From Lingula anatina (Eukaryota; Animalia; Brachiopoda), in contig CM120644.1 in NCBI GenBank assembly GCA_051362555.1, positions 24,388,534 to 24,452,533 on the forward strand: a DNA stretch of 64,000 bases, written 5' to 3'. Shown one piece after another: positions 13,352-26,183 of this stretch; position 1 is the stretch's first letter; every line of letters begins with the position of its first letter. A program made the translations under genes and the position numbers. The notes beneath the pieces are model-generated. The model worked only from the letters and a program-made list of their open reading frames with translations, was not told the origin of the DNA and did no database searches.

Positions 13352-16300
13352 TTATATTAAGATTAACTGAACCGTTCCCTTGATGGCTGTTCTGCAAATG
13401 GCGCAATTCCTCAACGCAGGTGCACACTGGACACAGGCGACAAGATGGCCGCACGGCAGAAATACCACGCTAACTTCTTTGTCCTTACAGATCTTACAGG
13501 TGCGCTCTTCTTTCAGTCTCTTGTTTTCCTCAAGCAAAGACTTGATCTCTGGAATACAATTGGTAACACTTACTTCAAAACCGTTGGTGATAATGGCATA
13601 ACATCAATACAAAGGAAAGGACACAAATAAACAGGTTTACTCTTCTTTTTTTATCACTTCTTTTTTAATCAAGCGCTTAATGATGCTTCTTATTGTGAAC
13701 AACATCAACGATATACACCTGAGAAAGTCGCCCTGTAGCAGCAATTCGAGTGCGTTGATGGTTTAATAATGATAATGATATTAAAATATTTACCTTAGCA
13801 CCTATAATTATTTCATAATCATTCAAAATAACGATGTTTCTGAACTTTCTATTTAACTCTGTGTATATCTTATATAATCTAACCACAAGAAATCGTAACG
13901 GAGTGTTATCAGCTCAGACATTACCCGAATGCTGCGTTTGAGATGCTTTTTGGGTTGTCACAGATGCTGGTACTTCAACCAGAGCTGGGACTAGTGGCTG
14001 TTGACCAGGTTCCTCTTGCGCCGTCTGTCGGTCCATCTCATCCTCAATATTCAAAATGGCATCTAGTAAACTCGCTGCACTGGGGAAATCATCTCCAGTA
14101 TCCCTCAATCTATGTTCGATCGCCTGACGCACTGTATCTCTACTGAAACCCATATCTATAACCGCCTGCACTGTCGGTGTGTCTAGGCGGGCTTTGATCT
14201 CCCGGGACTCTACATGGTAACTTCCTGGCGCACCTGTATACAGGCAGAGTTCGGATCACGTGATGAGACAAGAAGCATGCTCAGCGATTTATTTACAAGG
14301 ATAAGGTGATACTGCTCCAAGTTGTTGAATGTCGGATGGGGTCAAATCACAAATAAGAACATTAAGGACTTGTTCATATACTTGTACTTCACACACATTT
14401 ACCATATTTGCTAATTCTGTGAAGTACAATATTGTGTATGTATGAAGGTGACTACTTTCAAACTTAAGAAATCTAGCAAGGCTCATGGACCGGGTAAATG
14501 ATAATTGTGTTCGTTGGTCAGAAAGCAATGGGTTACTAACCTTGTGCTCTGTGTGCTTGCGCTTGAGACTGGGGAGACTAAATTGAATAAATCAATATTA
14601 ACCGTGATCAATTTATATATAAAAAATAGTCAATGTATACGGTATTTGCTAACATGGTGTGTAGATTTACAACCAAAAGACAATGTCCCGTGAAAAAATT
14701 CTATAACAAAGCATAGTCAATGTATACGGAATTTGATAACATGGTGTGTAGATTTACAACCAAAAGACAATCCCCTTCTTGTCTTTTATCAAGTATAATG
14801 TGGTTATAATGTACGTCATGTAAGGTTTCTTGATTGACGATGTCTGCGTCATAAAAATGAAAATCAGACAACGCCTAAGTTACACCAATTATTTAAACGT
14901 CATCTACCCTAACCCGTGCTTATATCTTAATCACATTAAATGCTGAGATTAAATATATGCTTACCTGGTTGTTTGGCGAATTTTGTCCCTTAATAATTTG
15001 TATAAAAGTACCCCCCTTGCACTGACGAACAAAATCACACCACGGGAACCAACGCGCATGCTCAGCCCAAGGGTCGTCTTGTAGTTCCCAATTCCTCAGT
15101 CCTCCGTCACAGAAGAAGCATTTCACGTTGTCAAAAAAGCCTGTTATTAAAATAAAAATATACTGAATGGGTGCTGTTACTCCTCTTATCAAGATTATAA
15201 CTTGTCCATTTTTATTCACAAATGGTCAGCTTTTTATTAACGACAATCTAAAAAAGACGTCGTGAGAGCTGTGGATTGCACATTGAAGTACACTGTCATA
15301 TGTACATATTACACATTGTGTGACTTTGCCTTAATATATGGGATGCTGGTGTTCTTTAAGAAGGGGCGTTATAGGTTATGGCATATTAATTATATTGAGG
15401 GGTCTCGTTTTCTATAAATTTGGCAACACCAATGGATATATGAACATGTTAATACTTAATAAATTAATCGATATATTTCAGTCAAATATAAAGTGTACTT
15501 ACCGGCGTAAATAAACCCGGCCCTGGCGAGAGCTTCAGGACGCGGAATACGAGATGGCGGCCAGTTAGCAAAGGTTCGAATTCTGGCCTGTTCAGTGGCG
15601 TATCTCTCGTGTCTAGGTCTCGCTGTTAGTACTCCTTGTGTGGGTCCAGTTGTGGCATCTATGGGGTGAAAATATGGGAAGAGGAGTTTTAGGGATCGAC
15701 TTGCTAAGTAATGACAGTTTAACGACATTTGACATCTGTGGTTGTCGTCATTGCACTAACCTGCATTCTAGATGTACCCTGTAATGCACTATGAACCACG
15801 ATTCGAGCAGAAGTAATAGGCTGGGCTGTGCTGCGTGATGGGAAACGACGCGTAGTACAGTACGCATTTCTCGATAAGAAACTTTTGTTTAGGGTACAAA
15901 TTCCATATAGTATCAAAATTGGGTCAATATACATTACATTGCACCAAATGAATATGGTTAACTAGGTCTTTAAAATCATGTCCTCGCGGTAGCGTTTATG
16001 AGGATGTGTTAGAATTATTGTTATCTCATGCTTACTCTCTGATCCTGTTGTGCCGTCTCCCACAGCTTGTCTTTGTGATTCTGACACAGCAAGAGGAAGA
16101 GCTGTGCTTGGTCCTTCCAGAGGAATATTTCCAACTTCCAGTCCTAGGACGAACGGGCAGGTGGAAAGATATCTGCGGTGTTCCTGCTTTGGTTGGTCAC
16201 CTAAAGCAAATGTTAACGTCTGATCCATTTCATCATTCTGACGCCGAGGAGAATTGTGCGTTTTAAATCCAACAACCATGAATGCTTTACTAAAATCAGC

Positions 16301-17256
16301 ACTTAAGTTACAAATCAATGTATAAAACTAATCTGTCATGACAATATTGCATCAGTTTTAAAGGTTTAGAGCATTGATTGTTTTGATAAATTTAGGAATG
16401 TTCATATTCATACAAATGAGTGACCCTATTCTTGCTTCAACCATTTACACAGAACATGCAGGGATATATAGAATCACGTTCATAGCGATAAAAAGAAAAA
16501 AAAAACACTCATACCTAGTTCCCAGTTCTTTAATACCCCCTCACAGAAGGCACATTGTACCCGGTCCTCCGTGCCCAGATAGAAGACACCAGCTCTTGCC
16601 AAGTCTCTGGGTGGGACACTTGCTCCACTGGGCCAGCTGACGAAAGTTGCTAGGCGATCAGACTCATTTCTCATCCGCGAAGGGACACATGTAGGCAGAT
16701 GAGATGTATTTGGTGGAGTTAAGGGGACAGATGTGTTCTCGTTAGAGCGTACACCACTGGCAACCCCGGCATGAGCCATCATGTTTGTTTCCAGCGGCGT
16801 GATCTGCGTGGTGGCGACTTCTGGTGAACTGATGCCCAGTGACCCGGATAATGCCTGCTGGCTTGACAGTAGTGAGGACGCATTGCCACCATGGTCACGT
16901 GGTGAAGACCTTGCTAAGTTTGGGAAAGGGTCATCATCTGTTTGGAACAGGGGAACATTCTTTGTCTCAGTTCCTTTCATAAGTTGACAATCTGGGAAGA
17001 AATTGCGATGTCGCATAAATGGATTGTCTCCATAGGTCCACTCTTTAAGTCTCCCTCCACAGCTAAAACATGCTACCTCATCACTGTTTCCAGTGTAATA
17101 AAACCGTGATCGTGCTGGTACCGGGACTGAATTGGGCAGGTCTTTAAAAGTGGACAGTCGCACTGCTTCATAGCAGTTTTTCTCCCCCATATGAAAGGGT
17201 GGGCCTTGTGCCGACTGAAGAAAGTACTTGCGAAGATGCGCCGGATATAAAAGCAT
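13352..17256 (-). CDS. Inhibitor of apoptosis protein (BIR-BIR-BIR-UBA-RING), copy A, about 593 aa; may be decaying
   Basis: Exons 17256-16515, 16200-16036, 15658-15503, 15140-14965, 14577-14541, 14233-13925, 13548-13352; all GT-AG, phases consistent, 1782 nt. Three Cx2Cx16Hx6C BIRs, UBA (DMGF) and a C3HC4 RING. Confidence 0.8.
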
Positions 17257-17645
17257 GCTTGTCCCTCCTGGGACGAAATTTGTTGAATGCCGAAACAAAT
17301 CATTGTGAAGAAAAGCTAAAACTTGGCTGTAGATATCGGGATCGTCCTTCTCGTCCGCATTTTCTTTCGTGCATTTATCTTTCGTACATTGTATCTCTTC
17401 TTTCTGTTGTATTCCTTATCTCTATTCGGCAATGATGACGTCAGTGTATGACGATCAAATTCCGGATCAATTGTAACAGTGTTCTCTTGTGTACTCATTT
17501 TTGATGGCAATGTGTAATCTGACTGGTATGTATGATTGCAAGAAGTCTTCTTGTTCTTGCTTTCCAAGTTCTCCGACAAGCATATAGTCCAACCCTTTTC
17601 ATCTTCGAGTTAATTTAATGTAATCAGTATACTGCTGATACCACG

Positions 17646-18016
17646 GGGGTTGTCTAATGCATTCAACCGAGGACAAGGGTTCCAGGAGGTGATGTTCGTC
17701 AACCAAAGGCAAGTCAGTGTGAGGTCTAAATCACCAACAGTTACTGGTGTTGAGGGGTTTCCCGCGGGATACAGCTGCTCCCGTTGGTGGCGATTAAAAG
17801 TTTTGGTGATAATCTAAACAGCACAGTCTAGACAGTTCTATCACCAAGCACCCCATTCAACAACCCCGTGCTGAGGTCAAATAAATTGGGATAGTTTGTT
17901 TTAAGTTATTTCTGAAGAACATCTTACAAGACCTACAAGGCATGTTCTGCAGTCAGAATGCTTATGTGAAAGAAATTCCTGTGGTTGGAGTCGGTGTATG
18001 TATTTGCTGTTTCCAT
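17646..18016 (-). pseudogene. Disabled DZIP3-type HEPN exon of copy A
   Basis: Homologous to 34545-34916 but has TAG/TAA/TAA stops within the first 40 codons; truncated by a deletion at about 17646. Confidence 0.85.
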
Positions 18017-19747
18017 GGCAGCGGTCACTTAGAAACCATTCTCTGCATTATCTGAAATGTAATATAAAAGCGGAGGTTTTGGGTCTGTCAATTCCTGAAT
18101 ATTCTAAACCTCATGGGTATTTATTGAAAACGAGCTAAAAGCAAGTTTTATATGAATCATATAGGCAAGTAGAAATGGCGCCAGATGATGGTAATTAACG
18201 GACTGTTATATGCCTACCTATGTAGGTTGCAATCCGTCCTGAATCAAACCGTTAACAATTAGACAAATGAAATGCATTTGTTCGATTTTTTTTTTCACCT
18301 ATATGGAATTTGATTTCGAATTTGACTGAATTTGACTACCACATGATAATTTGGCTAACAAGCCGGAAGCGCGCCCTATCTTAAGTTGTTGGAATTTTAT
18401 CATTCATATTTTTTTTGCGGAAAAATTATACAATTGACCGCAGTGAAATCTTTGATGTTGTTATTTTGCTTTCAAATCACGTACACGTTGGATTTGATAT
18501 ACCCATTTGAATGAACAATATTTTTTTTTTAATTCCAAGGCTGACTTACCATAGAATTGAGTTGTTATGCTCATTAACCATATTTGAAATATATTAAAAT
18601 AAAAATGAAATTCATCAATCGATATTACAGTGGCCGCTTATTAACCAACTAATCAATTTTATTTAGCATAAGGCTATGTAGATCTACGTTACCTGATTTT
18701 TCTAGGGCCTCAATAACCATTATTACATGTATCTCCATTAATGTAGACGTACGGTACTCTTCCACGTAAAATTGATTGTAAATACCAGTTTTGATACCGT
18801 TATCAAACATCGAGCATCTTTGCCAACGATAGGTCTATGATTATATCCTTTCTTTTGATTTGCTAAACAGGGCTGGGAGTGGTACAAGACAAAAATTAGC
18901 TCTGTTCCTTATTGGTTTCTTCATAGTGACCTCGCCGCATGCTTGCAATAGAAAACATCGGATCTGTTATCTATTCCACCCGTTTTAAGATTTTACTTTA
19001 AGTAAGCTGTATTTTTTCTCGTCCTGGATTTTATTACAAATAACATCTAAAAAAATTACAGCGCATTTAATTTATTTATTGGTACCTACAATCGCACAAG
19101 GAGATCATAAATTGTAAAATCGCACATTTCCATGAAGACAAAGGAGACCATTTATCGCTAACACACTGCATTTTTTATACCTAAACAATTCAACGAAATA
19201 AGCGTTGCGTGAAACTACATGGTGAGTTATCTATCTGCATTTAAAACAAACTTTGACTAAAATAAATAATTAGATAAATAAAAAGGGTGTGTATTCTGTA
19301 AACCGTAACCACTGTTGAAGAACGAGGTGCACTATACAGCATCGAAGTGAAGCATGCATTTCTACATTTCGTTTAGCCTTCTTTAGAGGTAAAGAGATGT
19401 CCATTAAATTGAAATGACACCACCAATGTCACCAAATTTTCACACATTTAGCATAAAGGGGTGCTCGTTAAAAATCACTTGTCTATTAGCGTGTGCCAGT
19501 CAACATTCATATTTTCTAATTTTAACGCTAAATTTAGCGTGTAATCTTCAACTGGTATATGGTATACGTGTAGACATGTTTTTTACCGAAGCGGTGTATT
19601 ATATACGTTTCAAAAATTTGGTTAATCATTTAGAAGTAAATACTAAATGATTAAATTACAGTTTCCCATACCTAAATCGATCAAACAGGATCGCTCCATT
19701 TCCAAGGGGTTTCTCGCTAAATCACTTTCAGCCGTAGCTACTTTATA

Positions 19748-20369
19748 TGGTGATTTATTATTATGAAATGACCGGATTAAATTATTTATTTGTCAACAAA
19801 ATTAGATCACTACTAATTAATTTAGTAGAATTTTAAGTTATTTCGTCTGAAATGCGATCAGTAATTTCGTTTGCCAGTATGTTTTAGAAAAATATTTTTA
19901 TATGCAATTTGTTTCTGTCATATTTTTAGAAAATATTTATTGACATATGCACTTTGAATTGTATTTTGAATTATATTTTAGTAAAGCAAAGCATCATGAT
20001 GTAGAGAAAACTTTCAACCTCTAAGGAAAATGTCTTCAAAGGCAATTTGCTGGATATATATATATATATTTTTTTTTACTGTCATGTTGCAATTGTCACG
20101 AATGTTCTCGATTATTCTTTCAATAAATACAGGTATATTAAACTTTAAATATTAAACTATAAATATTATACTACCATAATTCACTAAAAAGGCCAACCGC
20201 ACTTATCAGGCGTTAGAGTAAAATATTTTTATGGAACTCGCAAACAAGCTTGTAAAATGTTAACCATACAATTAATTATTGAATCCAGCATTAGCATCTT
20301 TCCTTAGAACAAACGTGCACGTGATAATACTTGTGATAAGTAGAAGGAAAGTGAAATACCTTGGTCCTG
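19748..20369 (-). repeat. Right arm of inverted repeat (partner 11259-11931)
   Basis: See left arm. Confidence 0.95.
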
Positions 20370-20409
20370 AATTCCCCAGTTCACTAGATATTCAGACAAT
20401 ACAGGTTAA

Positions 20410-23405
20410 AGTGATAATAACTCTTTGTTTCGGCCCAAAAATGAATTTTCCTGGAGTAAACAACAATTTTCCCATACTTACCAATGGTTAATGAATCCAT
20501 TTTTACATTCAAAGTTAGTCCCTGTTTTTTTTTCTAAAAAGTTTGGTATTTTGTTAAAATCTCTTAAGAGATTTTAGCAGAGTTTAGCCATCAATGGAGG
20601 TCACGTGGTCTAAAGACAAGCTCAGATATCACAATAATAGCTATAACTGCCATTTTTGTGGTAAAACAGAATATATTATATTTCTATGAGTTATTCACAA
20701 TGTTTTTATTGTGAAATATAGATCTCATACGAAGAGTTATTATCCCTTTAAGTCTGCCAGGAGTAAAGTAAAATGCTTAAAAGCTGTACTGCAAAGAAAG
20801 GCAAAGTGCCTAACAATATTAAGTTGCACACATTTCCACAAGAACAAGTTCGCAGCAAAAGAATGGATGCATGTAATTAACCGCGCACAGAGAAGTAAGG
20901 ATGGAAGTGTGGACAGGGACAGGGATGTTGTACCCCGTAACTGTAAAGCATCACGCATTGCGAATAGCAATATCACATAGAGGCTACAGTGTATTATATG
21001 GGGCGAGTATGGGCGAGTTATGGAATCGAGACGCTTGCGCTCTGTCGCAGAGCGCGATGTTTTCGAGTAACGAGGTCCTGGGCTCCGTATCTCGCTATGT
21101 TGCGCACGTGCGCAAGTGTCTCGCAAGTGTCTCGATCCCATGACCCCGTATCTCAAAATGGAATAGAGACGCTTGCGCACGTGCGCAACATAGCGAACCT
21201 TTCGAGATACGGAGCCCTGGTCTCCAAGAAGTGTCCATACATACATCTGTGTGTGCTCACAGAATTTCTTGACTGGTAGCTTATGATTAAAAATAAAATG
21301 AGAATTGGGTTTTGCGGCAAAATAATGGATTACTGTTATCACATGCTTCCTGTTAGGACAGCCTTGAGTTAGGTCCTGATTATTAACGGCATCACCTAAT
21401 TTTGCTGCGTGACAATTTTGAAGTAATAGATGACCTATTAAACTATGTTTCACTGTGTTCACTTGATTGATAGCAAAAGTAGATCGTGGCAGTCAGTGAG
21501 TTGGGGAGGGGGGCGTTTTACCCACTTAGCTCGTTAAAATCAATCAGATCCCGTGGTACAAGTATAAGGGATTTCAACCAAGCCAAAAATAAATGATAAA
21601 AAGTGTTCTGTTAGCAGCAGTTTAGCTACAGCTGCCATATATCCCTTCCTTTACTCCTCTTTGAATATAGACATTTAAGCCTACACTGCTGAATCATACA
21701 GTCTGTAGCCCGACAGCGTATCTATAAGTACCGGTATGTGTAAATATTACACATGTTTGTTAAAGCGATACAGTATGTCATGCACAAGGTAATGAAGCAT
21801 ATTTTTAGTTACGAGCAATGGATTTAAAGCACATTTATCAACCGTGCAAGTCCAAAGATCACCGTGATATCAGTTGTGTAGACACGCATACCTGGATCAA
21901 CACGTTTGCCTGAAGCGTGCATGGAATGTCGCGGTAAAAAGAAAGTATAAGATTTCAGATTGCCCTGGGTAAATACGACAAGACGGCCGATGTTAATCCC
22001 ACCCATCTTTACATATAGTATGGTCAGGCAGCTTCACCAACGGAATACCTCATTTCTTCATTCACTTCCTTCTGCTTACTATACGGTAGTAATACAAACA
22101 CGACATTTAACAAATATGTATGATGGACACCCGTGTGTCCGTATGTCACTATCAGGTTAATAAATGTTTCGCTAATGACTTCCCCTCCACCTTGATTCAA
22201 TGTTAAGCCTCGGTCACAACCGGCCGTACGGGCTCTTACGGACTGTTTGCGTCCAAATTATGCTCAGAATCTCACGTCCCAGTGTGCTTAACTTATCAAG
22301 CTTATTTTCAAACTTAATCTTTATTTCAATAACGCTGATCACTCCTGTGAATTTCAAGACTATTGGCCAATCGATTTCCCCTTAAAATGTGTTATAGGTG
22401 TTGCATATATGCTGAAAAAAGTGAAAAAAAAAGAACAGAAAACGTTTATTAAAATGCCCCGATCACTTGACCTGCGTATTATGAATATTCTTCAGTTTTG
22501 TGTGTTTCAAGCCAAAAGGTAAAACAGGTTTTCGCTCATCGTGTTATCTGTGTTGCATACAGTTGTATATTTAAATAGCTGTCACGGGGCCAGTCTGTTT
22601 CCCTCAAACTGCTTAAATGCGAGAAAGTGAATTGAAACCTTTCAGTCAGTGTGTAGTAAACGCGTTTTCAAATGGACGCGCAATATCAGCCGTCTCCTAT
22701 GAAGACAGTGCAGCCCATCCAGCATTGTGCAAAAATGTTGGGTTCAGCTTAAAGCAATAATAATTCTTCCTTTGAGATTCAAAATTCCGCAAGAAATACA
22801 TTGTAAACAACGCCTGGAAATGTATTCTATTGCATTTTCCCCACTAAAACGACTGTTATTGGAGTAAAACTAAAATCTGTGCTTGTCACTTGGGTTTTCG
22901 ATGCCTTTCTTCACGGTCGACAAGTGCATCCGTTGCCAATGACGTTTAGGTGTCACGCGGATTCTCGCGTTCATTCGAGACCAAAATAACATTGGCGGGA
23001 AACCCTCAGACGTAAGTTGCGAGTTTTTGTACAGTGCGTCGGATAACGAAAAGCCCAGAATTGCACACATTGTAGATATAAATGCATTTTGAGCAATAAG
23101 ACGAATATATCTGATGAATCTTATAATATTTTATATAGTGTTGTTGTTGTCTGCTTTTCCCGCGGTTTTAAGTAGGTCACCAGAAACTATCGCTCGATAT
23201 CGCGTGACTGCCATGTCAGAGAGAGGGCTCCGTCAGTTAAAATCTCTTAAGAGATTTTAACCAAAAACCGTACGTTTAGGAAAAAAAAAACCTGGATCAA
23301 CTTTGAATGCAGGAATGGGGTTGTTGACCATTGGTAAGTACGGGGAAATTGCCGTTTTTTCCAGGAAAGTCGTATTTTTGGCCAAAACGAAGAGTTGTTA
23401 TGACT
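20410..23405 (+). mobile_element. Degenerate Kolobok-like DNA transposon with THAP remnant
   Basis: TTAA|AG...CT|TTAA termini; ~165-bp imperfect TIRs containing the palindrome AAAATCTCTTAAGAGATTTT; broken THAP motif KLHTFP...KEWMHVINR...WSPRSVHTYICVCSQNFLTG at about 20800-21280. Confidence 0.65.
21081..21216. mobile_element. MITE with CTG TSD (Harbinger-like), abutting a related older copy at about 20920-21077
   Basis: TIR GGCTCCGTATCTCG...CGAGATACGGAGCC with CTG on both sides; interrupts the THAP remnant. Confidence 0.7.
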
Positions 23406-23411
23406 TTAAAC

Positions 23412-23760
23412 AATAGGTCCGGGTTTGGAGAACTGTCCCCGTGTAGTTGGTCAATCAAATAGGAGATGCAATTGCCGCCTGGAAGAAGGGGGGACGGGTG
23501 GTACAGGGGGCTCCAAAAAGTTCTTCAATTTTGTTGACTTGGCCATTAAACTTCGGGTACGAGGTTTAATCCGCTTATTGAAGCGTGTGGAGGCGGGGAG
23601 ATAATCAGGGGATAAGTCGGCATTGCTTTTAAGTGGGTCGGCCATATTTGACCCGTGGATCTGTTAGTCCGCGGATCAGCTTGTTCTGAATGCGCTTATG
23701 ATTATCCTTCAGTGTCCTTAAATGTCGGCAGAAGGAGGCACAAGTGAGGTAAAATGGAGA
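23412..23760 (-). mobile_element. Possible LINE ORF2 fragment
   Basis: Minus-strand peptides HIQNKLIRGLT and EPPVPPVPP loosely resemble the post-RT region of RNase H-bearing LINEs. Weak. Confidence 0.3.
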
Positions 23761-24544
23761 CAGCTGCATGACCGAGATTGGCAGTTAAATAGTGTACTGG
23801 CTGGTTCCGTGGCTCAGTTGGTAGAGTTCTCGCACTCTGCGTGAACGACCTCAGATGCGAGCTTCCAACTTCTCACGGTCCCACAAAGGAGACACAAATG
23901 TAAAAATTATCAACAAAGAATGTACATGATTGTCTTTATTCATCTATTTTGTTTATCATTTTAAAACATTTGATAACTTTGAAGGGTTCAATAATTCGCG
24001 TCAGCGTAAAAAACCTTAAAGCGAACTGAAAACAAACAATTCTGGCAATTTAGCCATATTTTAAATATCTTTAAGTGTTAGTCTAAACGACATTGTATTA
24101 AAAAAAGCTTTAAACACATAAATCGTATTTAATGAAAAACCTAATTATGTGTTTTGCTTTCACTTCATTTTGCGTTCAAATGAGTCAGCATGCTGAAATG
24201 AGATCCTGCTTTGTCATTAACCGGAAAATCCGGGTTTACAGTAAGTGGCACGTGTTGGGAACGGGTTTCATTTTCTGTTTTCTAGTCCTTATTTGAAGCC
24301 GGTTCCTGTTATCAGGTTTACGCAGCTTTTAGCAGAAAGTAATACGGTAATTAATTAAAACTTTCAAATGCCTTACTTTTTAAATATTTATCATTTCCGA
24401 CTGGCTAATTACAACACTGTAATCTCAGACACAAACCCAGCTCACCTGGCAAACTTTTCTTATCGTTTTACGTGCTTCAAACAAAATATGATTTTTTGGG
24501 GAAAGAAAACATTCGTGTTGTGCGAATGTATTTGTTGTAAAGAA

Positions 24545-24778
24545 GTAGGTAAACAATTGCCTGCGGAATATGTTGACTGGCTTTATAGCATGTATAGAAA
24601 ATAAATAAGAAAGAGAAAGAGGTAGGTAAACAATTACCAGCGGAATATGTTGACTGGCTTTATAGCATTTATAGAAAATAAATAAGAAAGAGAAAGAGGT
24701 AAGTAAACAATTACCAGCGGAATATGTTGACTGGCTTTATAGCATTTATAGAAAATAAATAAGAAAGAGAAGGAGGTA
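24545..24778. repeat. 77-bp tandem repeat x3
   Basis: Units start at 24545, 24622 and 24699. Confidence 0.95.
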
Positions 24779-26115
24779 GCTGCGCGTTGAACCAGTGTCA
24801 GTTGTTATTTCATTTAATTTGCTATGTCGCGTGGTCAACAATTGAACGAAATATTATACGTTTAAGCATAGTCAACAAATCACTTTTCCTTTTTTTTACA
24901 TCCAAGAGAACTTTTGTAAATGTTACGCATAAAGTATTTATAGAAAATAAATAAGAAAGAGAAAGGAAACTTGGCAGAAAATCCAACAACTTACATTCTC
25001 ATAAAGTAACAGTAACACCAAAAGCATATATATGGCCCTAGGCTTATCAGAGAGTTACTTGGTCTAAAGAAGCACATGCTTGGGTATATTTTTAATCTTA
25101 AAAGATAATGTAATGTTGAGCCAGCTACAATGAACTTGTATAGGGATAACAAACAGAATCCTCCCCTCAATAAGGGGTACCGGAAGAGATCAGCATTGGT
25201 CAGAATTGTGACGCCAAGTGGTGTAAGACGCGAAGCTGAGTGGTCAGCTAAAAATTACAAATACGCGTCCGACATTTAATAGCATCTTACAAGATCTTCC
25301 CAAAAAGATTAACAGAGAATTCAGGTGAGCCGATCACAATGCTGACAGGTAATTAAGACTCTCTCTAGGTTACTACTACATGTAATTGACATCATTATGC
25401 AATACTCAGTCGGTAAAGCGATTCTGACAGGTAGATAAGATATATCATGACCAGTTTTTCATGGCTATTGACTTCCAGCCTGAGGAAATTGATTGCCAGT
25501 CTATTTTGCTACTGATTTTTAGCTCAGATAAGAGGCTGTCAGAATGTCACCTTTGTCTTGGCATTTGTCACTGATTAGTGGCTACCCCGGTGTAAAAGGT
25601 GTATTAATGTGATCGTAAGTGTGGAATTTCATGTCAGATGGACATATAAAGATCTAAATATTCGTCAAAATATTTAAAAATAGGTACATCTTTGCACAGT
25701 ACTGTAGTTGTGGATCGGCACGACTCACTTGTCAGTTACGAACTACTTCCTGGTTTTCACAAGGTCCTTCAAAGACCCTAAAACATCGTTATAATTGCAG
25801 CACATACCATAAAATACCCGAAACTACATAGATATGTACATATCAGATTATGTCGGTTGACAGGACGAATTGTCGCTTTTTCTTCAAAACAATCGTTTGA
25901 ACTCGCAGGCTATGAGCTAAATAAATAAAGGGTTTATTGCTCCTCGCTTTCACCCTCTACGGTTGAATCACCAATGACTTTCCTAGCACTATATACCTGC
26001 CCTCTGATATCTGAGCCAAATTGAAATACGTACAAAATCACACTCTGTTTTTTAACATTATTTATCTATCTTTTTTTAATTTCATTTAATTTTATCATTA
26101 TTAATTTATTTTATT

Positions 26116-26183
<68 letters not shown>

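Larger units (their letters stand above)
12790..19380 (-). repeat. Segmental duplicate A, inverted paralog of 26415-50310
   Basis: Exons, introns and both flanks align with copy B once the B-specific insertions are removed. Confidence 0.9.

Noticed and set aside
15761-15868. Extra IAP exon in copy A between BIR2 and BIR3
   Set aside because: A donor-like site exists, but the phase-compatible frame has a TAG and the segment is mostly deleted in copy B.
11259-20369. Definite Pack-MULE or TIR transposon carrying the IAP
   Set aside because: No target-site duplication outside the arms; kept only as one hypothesis.
20740-21462. 240-aa minus-strand ORF as a gene
   Set aside because: Runs antisense through MITE and THAP debris with no recognisable domain.
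23803-23870. tRNA gene
   Set aside because: An A-box TGGCTCAGTTGG is present, but the B-box is degenerate and no cloverleaf forms; perhaps a SINE head.
24545-24778. 77-bp tandem repeat (and the 110-bp LTR array) as a CRISPR array
   Set aside because: Units are contiguous with no unique spacers, there are no cas genes, and the context is eukaryotic.
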